A stretch of 63,774 nt of DNA, filler included, from Octopus bimaculoides (taxonomy: Eukaryota), in NCBI RefSeq assembly GCF_001194135.2. It is 6 parts of 4 records of this genome, joined end to end, with 100 filler letters (N's around TTAATTAATTAA, not from the genome) between each part and the next. Parts side by side here need not be neighbours in the genome. Positions count along the whole stretch, not along the records: positions 47,514 to 62,430 come from NC_068987.1; positions 62,531 to 63,774 come from NC_068995.1; 4 more parts are not named here. The stretch is one strand, 5' to 3'. Below are positions 51,642 through 63,774 of this stretch, in pieces (position 1 is the first letter of the stretch; each line of letters opens with the position of its first letter). The position numbers and the translations under genes were made by a program. A model generated the notes under the pieces. That model had not been told where the DNA came from. It worked only from the letters and a program-made list of their open reading frames with translations, and made no database searches.

Positions 51642-53167
51642 ATTGGTTTCAAATTTAGACACAAAGCCAGCAATATCGAGGGCGGGTGTAAGTCGATTAC
51701 ATCGACCCGTGTTCAACTAGTACTTATTTTATCTACTCCGAAAGGATGACAGGCAAAGTCGACTTCGGCGGAATTTGAACTCTGAGCGTAAAGACGGACG
51801 AAATGTCAATAAGTATTTTGTCCGGCGTGCAAGTGATTCTACAAAGCTCGCCGCTTTATTTATTGCAAATAATGAATGAATAATGATTGTTAGGCAATGT
51901 GGTCCTTGGAACGATTTGAACTCAGAACTTTAAACTCAGAACATAATGGGACATGACCAAATTCTGAAGGCCATTTTTATTGTAGTTTACCAATTCTACT
52001 ATCCTCCCACACCTAACAACAACAATAAGAATGAATGAACATACAAATACATAAAGAAAGAATGATAATAAACGAATAACAAATAAATAAATGGATAGAT
52101 AAAATGAATGAATGTAAGTAGTACGATGTCAGTGCGTGTAAGTTAGTAAGGTGGAGTAATGAAACAAGTTAATCAGCAAAGGTAAACTTTATCAGCTGAA
52201 AGGTGTTGAAAAGAAAAGGAAAAAAAGACTTGAAGCACCTTCAACCTACTCATAAACTCACCCACCTCACTTACTATCCTTGCTTGACATCTCACTTTCT
52301 AATTGGTAACATTATTTTAGGCACTTAACAAGCAAGCACAACAGCCGTTTGCGATAGAGTTTCACATTTTCTCCACTCATCAGTCAGTTGTGAGATACTG
52401 CTTTTCAATCTTGTGACAACGTTACGTTCTATTCTGGCCTTGAACAAGACACTTGACTTGTCGTACTTCGACCTGAAGGGGAAATTTATGTATGAACGGC
52501 AACAAGGATTCTAAAATGATATTTTACAGGTTTAGCACAATAATATTACTACTACCACATGGTTCCGGGTTCGATCCCACTGCGTGACACTTTGGGTAAG
52601 TGTCTTCTACTATAGCCTCGTGCCGACCAAAGATGTGTAGATGTATATATATATATACATATGTGTGTGTGTCTGTGTGTGTGTATGTTTGCGTATCTTT
52701 GTTTGTCTCCCCACCCCCATCATCACTTGACAACCGATGTTGGTGTGTTTAAGTCCGCGTAACTTAGCGGTTCGGCAAAAGAGACTAAATGAATAAGTAC
52801 TAGGCTTACAAAGAATAAGTCCTGGGGTCGATGTGTTCGACTAAAGGCGGTGCTCCAGCATGACTGAAACGAATAAAAGAATATCACATCGACCAGTTTA
52901 GTCAATCGCGATTAAATATTTACTTTGACCATGGTTGCATTGAAACTGTCACAAGTGATGTGATTGTCATTCGTCTTTTCTAGTCTAGGCACAAGGCCCG
53001 AAATTTGTGGAGAGGGAGCCAGTCCATTAGATCGACCTCAGTACGCAACTGGTACTTAATTTATCGACCCTGAAAGGCAAAGTCGACCTCGGCGGGATTT
53101 GAACTCAGAACGTAACGGCTATGCATTTTGCCCGGTGCGCTAACGTTTCTGCCAGCTCGCCGCCTTG

Positions 53168-53210
<43 letters not shown>

Positions 53211-55437
53211 GTTTCAAATTTTACCACATGGGCAGTCATTTGAGTGAGGGGATAAGTCGATTACATCGACCCCAGTGTTTCACTGGTAGTTAATTTATCA
53301 ACCCCGAAAGGATGAGAGGCAAAGTCGACTTCGGTGGAATTTGAACTAAGAGCGTAGTGACGGGCGAAATACTGCTAGGCATTTCATCTAGCGTGCTAAC
53401 GTTTCTTATTTCTCTATTGCCCACAAGGGAGCTAAACATACAGGGGAAAAACAAGGACAGACAAAGGGATTAAGTCGATTACATCGACCCCAGTGCGTAA
53501 ATGGTACTTAATTTATCGACATCGAAAGGATGAAAGGCAAAGTCGACCTCGGCCGAATTTGAACTCAGAACGTAACGGCAGACAAAATACCACTAAGCAT
53601 TTCGCCCGGCGTGCAAACGTTTCTGCCAGCTCACCGCCTTATGATTGTCATTCATCTTACGAGAGGACGAGTGTCATTCATCTTACAATGAGGATGAGTG
53701 TAATTAGATGTCTGTTTATCGAAAGGTTAATTGATTTTTCTGTGGTACTAAATTCAATACAATAAAACACAATATAACAGTTCTTTTAAGGCACCGAGCT
53801 GGCAGAAGCGTTAACACACCGGGTAAGATGCTTAGCGGCATTTTGTCCGAGGCTAACTTTGCTTTGCATCCCTTTCGGGGTCGATATAATATGTACCCGT
53901 GGAGTAATGGGGTCAATGTAATCGACTTACGCGCTCCCCCGATATTTCTGGCCTTGTTCCAAAACTTGAAACCATTTAGGTGGCGAGTTGTCAGAATCGT
54001 TAGCAAACCGGGAGAATTGCTTAGCGCCATTTCGTTCATTATTACATTCTGAGTTCAAATTTAGCCGAAGTTGACTTTGCCTTTCATCTCTTTCGGGGTC
54101 GATAAAATAAAGTACCAGTTGAAACTGGGGTCGATGTAATCGACTTATTACCTTCCCCAAAATTGCTGGCCTTGTGCCAAAATTTGAAACCAATATAACG
54201 GTTTCTGATTTAAGCACAAGGCCAGCAACTGTAAAAGCAAGGAATGAGGCGATTCTATCAACCCCAGAACTTGCTCTGGACATTACAGTCGTCGAGTCGT
54301 AGGACCCATAGAGCCTATTCCTCAGTTCCCATGGCGTATAACTGACCGAACTCACAACATTACCCCTAAACGGGACGCCATACTGTAGCAAGGTTACTCA
54401 TTTACAGCTGAGTTAACTACTCACCGCCCATTTCAGGAATCGAAACTGCGATCTTACGATTGGTAGTGCGAGAAGCTAACCACTAAGCTACACGCTTTCA
54501 GTTCCTGTCACCTGATTGGTATTTTATTTTCTCAATCCCGAAAGGATGAAAGGCAAAACTGACCTCGACTGGATTTGAACTCAGAACTTAAAGAACTGGA
54601 AGAAATACCATTAAGCATTTAATCTGATGAACGATCCTCCAACGCGTCACCCGACACAGTACAAATAACGATTTTCTTCTCCATAAAGAATATGTCACTG
54701 AATGGTTAATCTAATTCGACTCTGATTTAGAGAGCATTATAGATTAAGGGGATTCTTTCTACTGAAATAAGGTTTGGGCCTAAGTTTTATTCCTGATAGT
54801 GGCTCTTTCACGTCACTTAATAAGTTTAATACCATCAGGCTTTACATGAAAGAGGGAAACACAGGGTGACCGTTCGAAATAGCAGCTAAATCTCTCTTGA
54901 ATTACACATTGCTATGCTTAGAGTAAAATAAATATGGTCGAGGATAATAAGACTATGAACATAGCTGCACCAAATCTGGGTTGATTAACAATGGGATAAA
55001 TGATCATAATCCTTTCACAAGGCCTGAAATTTCAGGGGAGGCCCTAAATCGATTACATCGATCTCAGTACTCAACTGGTATTTATTTTATCGACCCCGAA
55101 AGGAAAAGTCGACCTCATTGGAATTTGAACTCAGAACGTGAAGACGGATGAAATATAGCTAAGCATTTCGCCCGGCGTTCTAACGATTCTGCCAGCTCGC
55201 CGCCTTGAGATAAACGATGATACTAACATCCAGCTACCTATTTTCTGAAGTCAATATCGAAGATAATATCCCATCGATGAATAAATATCTTTAATCATGT
55301 AAGGTCAGTCAGTAAATGATATGGTACACCTGCTGCTGCTGCTGCTGCTGCTAAATATTTAGATACTATACATAAATTGAGTCTTTCGTAGATATTTGTT
55401 ACCCGATGTGTCGTTCTTGAGGTTTTGCATGAATACG

Positions 55438-55476
<39 letters not shown>

Positions 55477-55906
55477 ATATATATATATATGGCTAGATGC
55501 ATACATACATGCATACAGACAGAGACAGATAGACACTCACGCACACATACACACACGCACACGCGCACACATACACACATTGGGAGATTTTAGTCGAACG
55601 AATTGACCCCAGTGCTTTTTTTAAAGCCTGATTCTTATTCTATCTGTCACTTTTGCCGAACTGGTATGTTACGAGGGACAAACAATGCTATAGTAGGGTA
55701 GAAACACACACGCAAAAACACATAAATATAGATACATATTTACGATGGGCTTCTTTCAGTTTCCTTCTATCAAAGTCACTCACAAGGCTTTGGTCGGCCC
55801 GAGGCAGTAGTGCAAGACGCTTGACCAAGGTGCCACATAGTGGGACTAAATCCCGAACCATTTGGTTGGGAAACAAACTTCTTACCACACAGTCACGCCT
55901 GCGCCT

Positions 55907-55993
<87 letters not shown>

Positions 55994-56888
55994 CAGACAG
56001 AGACAGACAGACAGAGACAGAGAAAGACAGAGAGAGACAGACAGACAGAGAGAGAGAGATAGAGGGATAGTTAGATATTTCTTAAGGAGGAACACAATCC
56101 ATTTGATCGCACTATACATTACTGTAAGTTACAAGTTACTTTATTGGTAGGGTGTTTGTAGGGTATAAAAGAATAACTTGGTAGTGATAGTTTAACTGCT
56201 GGGTTACCGGTCGGCTTACTGATTAATGCGTATGCGCAATGGCATGAATGAGTCCCTATAGAATAGATTTGGACAGGTTGTTAAGTGGCAAAATTTATAA
56301 TTGACTATTTTTAGAAATGTGCTGTTTTAATCTATTTTATTTTATCAACACATATGCTGAGCTATTTAAGGGGAGTTCACGATGTTATATTTGTAATTTA
56401 GATGACAACATGCAACAATATACCATTTCGGTGTCTTGAGGCATGTGACACATGTATCACAAAGAACAAGGTTTGGGTATCTCTGGTGTCAACGACCGGT
56501 TTATTGTGCTTAATGTTAAAGAACTCAACAGAAAGCGACTGTTTGTTCCACTCCGTGTCAAAAACAAAGCAACTGCTTATTCGTTACTCTTCAGTTCAAA
56601 AATACTTTGTAACTAAGATATCAAAACAAAAATGATAACAATAAAGCCTGAAATTTGAGGGGAAAGGATAAATCGATTATATCGACTCCAGTGTTCAACT
56701 GGTAATTAATTTATCGATCCCTCTCGGGATCGATAAATTAAGACGACCTCGGCGGAATTTGAACTCAGAACATAGTGACGGGTGAAATACCGCTAAGCAC
56801 TTCGTCCAGCGTGCTAACGATTCTGCCAGCTGAATAATAATAATAATAATAATAGTTTCAAATTTTGCCACAAGGGCAGTAATTTGGG
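51642..56888. mobile_element. Dense SINE cluster
   Basis: Family A at 51642-51857(-), 52984-53166(-), 53207-53406(-), 53407-53640(-), 53788-53977(+), 53979-54196(+), 54509-54622(-), 55014-55206(-) and 56641-56832(-). Family B at 52553-52883(+) and 55588-55902(-). Meta-like at 54270-54497(-). Confidence 0.9.
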
Positions 56889-57635
56889 NNNNNNNNNNNN
56901 NNNNNNNNNNNNNNNNNNNNNNNNNNNNNNNNNNNNNNNNNNNNNNNNNNNNNNNNNNNNNNNNNNNNNNNNNNNNNNNNNNNNNNNNNNNNNNNNNNNN
57001 NNNNNNNNNNNNNNNNNNNNNNNNNNNNNNNNNNNNNNNNNNNNNNNNNNNNNNNNNNNNNNNNNNNNNNNNNNNNNNNNNNNNNNNNNNNNNNNNNNNN
57101 NNNNNNNNNNNNNNNNNNNNNNNNNNNNNNNNNNNNNNNNNNNNNNNNNNNNNNNNNNNNNNNNNNNNNNNNNNNNNNNNNNNNNNNNNNNNNNNNNNNN
57201 NNNNNNNNNNNNNNNNNNNNNNNNNNNNNNNNNNNNNNNNNNNNNNNNNNNNNNNNNNNNNNNNNNNNNNNNNNNNNNNNNNNNNNNNNNNNNNNNNNNN
57301 NNNNNNNNNNNNNNNNNNNNNNNNNNNNNNNNNNNNNNNNNNNNNNNNNNNNNNNNNNNNNNNNNNNNNNNNNNNNNNNNNNNNNNNNNNNNNNNNNNNN
57401 NNNNNNNNNNNNNNNNNNNNNNNNNNNNNNNNNNNNNNNNNNNNNNNNNNNNNNNNNNNNNNNNNNNNNNNNNNNNNNNNNNNNNNNNNNNNNNNNNNNN
57501 NNNNNNNNNNNNNNNNNNNNNNNNNNNNNNNNNNNNNNNNNNNNNNNNNNNNNNNNNNNNNNNNNNNNNNNNNNNNNNNNNNNNNNNNNNNNNNNNNNNN
57601 NNNNNNNNNNNNNNNNNNNNNNNNNNNNNNNNNAT

Positions 57636-58135
57636 TTTCACAACTTTCACTCACCTTTCAATAAACTCACTCTAGGACAGCGCTTCCCTCTCCATTCTCA
57701 ATTTCCTTTTCAACTGAAACTTGAAAAAGTCAATGAGAGCTCTACCAAAGATGAATGTATCTATAATCATGCCCTTCTGTCTTGTCCACCAAACAACCTC
57801 TTTCGCCATAGCCACCAGGCAAAGGAAAACTGCCTTACCGGCCTGATTGAAGGAGGGTAGCGGTACGATCATCACTACAGACTCGGCCGCTAGTCGGATC
57901 CGTCCCACACGTGACAGCAGTCCCACAAGTCAGCAATGCCCGGACACCGAACGTGGGCGTGCAGAACGGTTTCGTCAATCTGCGCGCACCTCGGACAAAC
58001 CTGACAGCACATCAGCGCCTGTAAAGCTTATCTCGAACCGGTAGCGCCCCCGTGTAGCACTGTCAGGCTGAAGACATTTGGAAATTATCTACGATAGTTC
58101 CCGACCGGAAAGACCACCGGAACAGACTAGTGTCT
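57636..58135 (-). pseudogene. Tx1/L1-clade LINE ORF2 C-terminal relic
   Basis: Minus strand reads A*QCYTGALPVRDKLYRR, then CPRCAQIDETVLHAHVRCPGIADLW (CCHC zinc knuckle), then FLCLVAMAKEVVWWTR..FFKFQLKRKLRMERE. Confidence 0.85.
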
Positions 58136-58136
58136 G

Positions 58137-58625
58137 CTAACATTTTGTGACGCTATCATATTTTCTGATGTGTCCAGATTTGCTGCATTTTCTGACAGTG
58201 ATCGAGTATGGTTCCCGAAACTCTATGATCAAGAATTTGACATGAAAATATTGCTGCCAACAATGAAACAAGGCAACTATTCTGTGATGGTCTGGGGAGC
58301 AATTTGGAGCAATTTGGAGCAATTTGGAGCAATGGTCAATCAGAACTGATGGAGTGTGATGGAAACATAAACTCAAATAAATATGTATCCACATTGCAGA
58401 AAGGACTCCTTCCAATCTTCTCTGATGGTGAAATGATTAAAGAAGACTGCTTGTTTATGGAAGATGTGGCTCCTTGTCACACTGCTAAAAAGACCCAAGA
58501 TTGGTTGTAAAAGAATGGCATTAAAAACCTTCCATGGCCAAGCCAGTCACCAGGGATGAACCTTATTGAACACCTCTGGGGCACAATTGACAGAACACTT
58601 CGTAAAAAGAACAAGAAAGCATCCT
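58137..58625 (+). pseudogene. Tc1 transposase DDE domain relic
   Basis: IIFSDVSRF..PTMKQGNYSVMVWGAIWS..LFMEDVAPCHTAK..WPSQSPGMNLIEHLW. Has stops and an 11-bp unit (gcaatttggag) in three tandem copies that shifts the frame. Confidence 0.9.
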
Positions 58626-61600
58626 CAAAGCCAGATACTTTGAGATTGGATGTTACCCCACTGATGCAATGCTGAGACAAGTCACTGAAGCTGTCTGTAT
58701 ACAGGAGTACAAACCCTCTTTCAACCGTAAATCCGAGTGGGATAACATCCAGATTCCACTCGGGAGTACACCTCTATAGTCACCCTTCTCTCTCTTTTAC
58801 ATGTGGAATTCCATTCCATACATACATGTTGAGATGCATAATACATACATATATGTAGTTATATATAACCGTATGAGCGTCTGATATGTCTGTACGTATG
58901 ATATGTATGTACGTATGTGTAGATGTATGTGTGTGTGCACATGTGTGTATGTGTTGTGCGTTATGTATGTGACTATATGAGTGCGTGCATGCATGTGCGT
59001 ATGAGTATGTGTAGATACATCTATGTGTGGTATGTTTCTGTGTGTAAAAACAAAAAAAGTTATATAAAAGAAAATGCATATTTGAATTTTAACCGTTATC
59101 CTTGTATTAGTGTCATATATATATTTGTATATATGTATGTGTGTATGTGTGTGTGTATATATGTATAGGTATAGTGACGGATAAGTGTATATGCGTGTAT
59201 ACTTTAAGATTATACGTATATTTGTGAGTGTGTGTGAGTGTCAATATGATTGTGTGTGAGTGTCAATATGATTGTGTGTGCTTGTATATATATATATGTA
59301 TAAGCAAGGTTATATATGTGCATAAATGTATCTAAGACGTTGTATCCATTCACCGAACCTTCAACAAAGTAACAATTATGTATACAACTTGAACTGACGC
59401 ACATATCAGTACATACACATACGTTCACATGTACATACATATGTACACACACACACACAAACACGTCTACACACTTACCCCATTACTCACGTACATCCAT
59501 AAGTACATACGTGCATACTCACGTACATACATATATACATATATACATACATGCGTATAGGCATGCACACATGCATACGCATGTACACAGATGCATACGC
59601 GCGCACATGTACACGCACATACATACATACATACATACATACATACATACATACACACGTACGTATATATCATGAACTNNNNNNNNNNNNNNNNNNNNNN
59701 NNNNNNNNNNNNNNNNNNNNNNNNNNNNNNNNNNNNNNNNNNNNNNNNNNNNNNNNNNNNNNNNNNNNNNNNNNNNNNNNNNNNNNNNNNNNNNNNNNNN
59801 NNNNNNNNNNNNNNNNNNNNNNNNNNNNNNNNNNNNNNNNNNNNNNNNNNNNNNNNNNNNNNNNNNNNNNNNNNNNNNNNNNNNNNNNNNNNNNNNNNNN
59901 NNNNNNNNNNNNNNNNNNNNNNNNNNNNNNNNNNNNNNNNNNNNNNNNNNNNNNNNNNNTCTCCTTCCATCTACGAAATACACTCAAAACGGATTAGTTG
60001 GTCTGGGACTATAGCAGAAGGTAGTTGCCCAAGATGCCGCATAATTGAACTGAACCTGAAATCACGCGCTTGCAAAGTTAGCTTCTTAACCAGAGTCATA
60101 TTTGTGCCTAAAGGAAAAGACTTCTTTTCTTCTTTTCAATTTAACTTCATGCGAAAAAATAAAGCATTTAACAGATTGTACATTGCCTTATCTGAAAATA
60201 ATTCCCAAATTTACACCATAGCCAACTTAACAACTAAACCATCATTTGATGCTTAATTAGTTTCTTCGACTTTGCGAACGAATAAGTCTAGTTGCAGTAA
60301 ATAACCGTGAACTGAGCTAAACGAATTTCTTGTGAAGTATTCATTGTAGCACTCACCCTGTTCAAAAGAAGAAATAAAAAAGCAGTTTTGTCATTCCACA
60401 GAAGCAGCAACAACAAAGAAAACAGTAGCAAGAATTACTAAACTAACAGCAATGTTAGAAATTAAATAGAAGTGGTAGTTATATATTGTAGTGCTTTTTT
60501 ATAACTGGACCATCTCGCCGTCGCTTCAGGAGTATTTATATTAGAGTCTCATTGATAGAGTTAGTTGAATCATGAGCAATCTACGGGTCGCAGACCGCAT
60601 GTAGCCCTCGGAACTTTCTTAATGGTACGCCTAACGAAAAATTGCCTTGGATTCTTTTAGTAGTGCTGCCCTCATGGTGATGTGCCATGTCATGCATCCC
60701 GTTTCTCGAAAAATCCAACCATGCCTGCGTAAGATAATCGCAGACTACGATCACATTTTTCCGTTATAATTAGGAATGGTCACAAGAACCGGAATATATT
60801 CTGTAAGCCTTCGTTAGTGGAGTTCTCCTTCTTGTTGTAGTTGTTATTATTGTTGTTTTGATGATCAAAATATGAGTGAGTCAGAGAAAGAGAAAGGGAG
60901 ACAGAGGGTGGAGTAAATAAAATGTCCCTTGGGGAATATTACGAGTATGACCGTGTCAGCTTCACACTCTATATCGGTCACGCTAATACTTCATGTGTAT
61001 GTATTCTATACGTATATATACATATGTACATACATATCTGCATACATATTCTCACACAAATTTATATGTATACACAGGCATAATATATATATATATATAT
61101 ATATGCATTTAAAAATACATACATACACATATATGTGTGCGCGTGTGTGTGTGTGTGTGTGTGTATGAGTGTCTGTGAGTATATATATGAACATACATAT
61201 ACACACAGACAGANNNNNNNNNNNNNNNNNNNNNNNNNNNNNNNNNNNNNNNNNNNNNNNNNNNNNNNNNNNNNNNNNNNNNNNNNNNNNNNNNNNNNNN
61301 NNNNNNNNNNNNNNNNNNNNNNNNNNNNNNNNNNNNNNNNNNNNNNNNNNNNNNNNNNNNNNNNNNNNNNNNNNNNNNNNNNNNNNNNNNNNNNNNNNNN
61401 NNNNNNNNNNNNNNNNNNNNNNNNNNNNNNNNNNNNNNNNNNNNNNNNNNNNNNNNNNNNNNNNNNNNNNNNNNNNNNNNNNNNNNNNNNNNNNNNNNNN
61501 NNNNNNNNNNNNNNNNNNNNNNNNNNNNNNNNNNNNNNNNNNNNNNNNNNNNNNNNNNNNNNNNNNNNNNNNNNNNNNNNNNNNNNNNNNNNNNNNNNNN

Positions 61601-61713
61601 NNNNNNNNNNNNNNNTATATATATATGTCTGTATGTATAAATGTAAGTGTGTGTACGCATATATATATATATGAGCGCGCGAGTGTGTGTGTGAGATAAA
61701 GGGTTGTGAAGGA

Positions 61714-61936
61714 AATTGGTTTCAAATCTTGGCACAAGGCCAGCAGTTTCGAAGGAGTGGGTAAGATAATTATATCGTCTCTAGTGCTCAGCTGGTACTT
61801 ACTTATTTTATCGACCACGAAAGGATGAAAGACACAGTCAACTCCGGCTACATTTGAACTAAGAACGTAAAGACAGACGAAATATCGCTAAACATTATGA
61901 CTGGCAAGGTAATGATTCTGCCCGCTCGGCGCCTTA
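61714..61936 (-). mobile_element. SINE family A, diverged
   Basis: ggtttcaaatcttggcacaaggccagc..ttatcgaccacgaaaggatgaaag..ttgaactaagaacg..ctgcccgctcggcgcc. Confidence 0.8.
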
Positions 61937-62103
61937 GTTGTGAAGGATATTAAGAAATGCTTCACGCAGTTCAAGCATTATGGCATACAGAACTCAATAC
62001 GCGGGATATAAATAGTTGACAGTCTACACACGGGTTCACGTCAGGTTGAAATATTTACGACTGTCGTGAGTAGTCCAATCCATGACTATATACGCTTTTG
62101 ACT

Positions 62104-62104
<1 letters not shown>

Positions 62105-62165
<61 letters not shown>
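62105..62165. repeat. (GATA)n microsatellite
   Basis: Directly visible. Confidence 0.95.
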
Positions 62166-62393
62166 CTATAATCGTCTGCATATCTGCATACACAGGCGTC
62201 GGTATCTATGTATATATGTGCATATGTATGTATATATATGTGCGTGTGCATACATATACACATACATACATACGTACATAGAAATATATACACATATATA
62301 TATATGTGCGCATATATACAAGTACATATGTTTATATATTTGTACACACACATACGTATGTACACATATTAAATACATTTATATGTGTGTGTA

Positions 62394-62430
<37 letters not shown>

Positions 62431-62530
62431 NNNNNNNNNNNNNNNNNNNNNNNNNNNNNNNNNNNNNNNNNNNNTTAATTAATTAANNNNNNNNNNNNNN
62501 NNNNNNNNNNNNNNNNNNNNNNNNNNNNNN

Positions 62531-62710
62531 CCCCCACCATCACTTGACAACCGATGCTGGTGTGTTTATGCCCCCAAAAGAGACCGATAGAATAAGTAGG
62601 TGGCTTACAAATAATAAGTCTTGGGACGATTTCTTTGACTAAAACCCTTTAAGGCGGTGTTCTATGATGGCCGCAGGCAAATGATTGAAACAAGTAAAAG
62701 AATAAAAGAA
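62531..62710 (+). mobile_element. SINE family B 3' half
   Basis: ccatcacttgacaaccgatgctggtgtgttta..aaatgattgaaacaagtaaaagaata. Confidence 0.85.
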
Positions 62711-63353
62711 TATATATACAATAAGCAATAATAATAACGATATAGAATATGGAGATTTGTTCATCCATGAAATTTATTTCCCTTTATTTTACCATTTCAT
62801 ACAGCATATTTTTACGACCATTACGACCTACACGTGTTTCCACAACACATGGTATGGCCAGCTGCACATGCAACCAAGCATAATTAGTTAACCAATTGTG
62901 TTCAGACTAATTAGTTAATTCAGACATAATTAGTTAACTAACTGTATTCAGACTAGCCGGTGAACAGACCCTAAACGAGGCTGCATAGATAATTATGCCC
63001 GGTTGCAGTCCATCTGCTCATAGTCTATGCATTGGAAACACGTGTTGGTCATAAAAGCCATAAATATAAAGCTGTATGAAATTGTAAGGTAAAAGAAAAT
63101 TAATTTTGAGGATGTACAGTCTCCATATTCTCTATGTTTATAATTATTGCCAATATACATTCCAGGTAATATTACCACCCAGAGAAGCGAACACGTATTT
63201 ACCCACTGGAGGAAATTACAGCATGACTGACAACTCGTAGAAGTCGTAGACGTTAAATACTAATTGATGCGGTTAGTCGTTACCTGGAACTTAACTGAGA
63301 GCCACCACGGTATCCGCCTGGATTATACATCCGTCTAAACTAACATTAATATA

Positions 63354-63752
63354 TAGGAGTGGCTGTGCGGTAAGTAGCTTGCAAACCAACCACATGGTTC
63401 CGAGTTCAGTCCCACTGCATGGCACCTTGGGCAAGGGTCTTCTACTATAGCCCCGGACCGACCAAAGCCTTGTGAGTGGATTTGGTAGACGGAAACTGAA
63501 AGAAGCCTGTCGTATATATGTATATGTATATATACATATATGTGCGTTTGTGTTTGTCCCCCCAACATCGCTTGACAACCGATGCTGGTGTGTTTACGTC
63601 CCCGTAACTTAGCGGTTCGGCAAAAGAGACCGATAGAATAAGTACTAGGCTTACAAAGAATAAGTCCTGGGGTCGATTTGCTCGACTAAAGGCGGTGCTC
63701 CAGCATGGCCGCAGTCAAATGACTGAAACAACTAAAAGAGTAAGAGTAAGAG
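63354..63752 (+). mobile_element. SINE family B (tRNA head, CORE-like domain, microsatellite, 3' module), full length
   Basis: ggagtggctgtgcggtaag (A-box-like), gagttcagtccc (B-box-like), CORE-like gcaccttgggcaagggtcttc, internal (TA/TG)n, and a (GAGTAA)n tail. Confidence 0.92.
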
Positions 63753-63774
63753 TTTATATATTTAAATATATATA

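Overview
AT-rich, microsatellite-laden eukaryotic DNA, roughly 10% N gaps. The SINE and LINE families point to an octopus/coleoid cephalopod draft assembly (inference, no database search). There is no intact long CDS. Nearly all six-frame ORFs are translations of microsatellites, N gaps or repeats. The window is dominated by tRNA-derived SINEs (a Deu/Nin-like family 'A', a CORE-like family 'B', Meta/V-like families), RTE-clade LINE 3' fragments, decayed R4/Dong, Tx1/L1 and BovB-like LINE fragments, two Tc1 transposase relics, a hAT/Buster transposase relic, and several MITEs with terminal inverted repeats (TIRs) and target-site duplications (TSDs). A few splice-site-bounded, phase-compatible + strand segments may be small exons of an unidentified host gene (low confidence). 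The most interesting signal is a short element with a tRNA-like Pol III head, an (ATA)n spacer and a Penelope-type minimal hammerhead ribozyme. It occurs as two independent insertions (25.66-26.03 kb and 34.18-34.50 kb), each with a 12-bp TSD and an inverted end, and one has an intact catalytic core. A second hammerhead-like variant lies at 23.6 kb.
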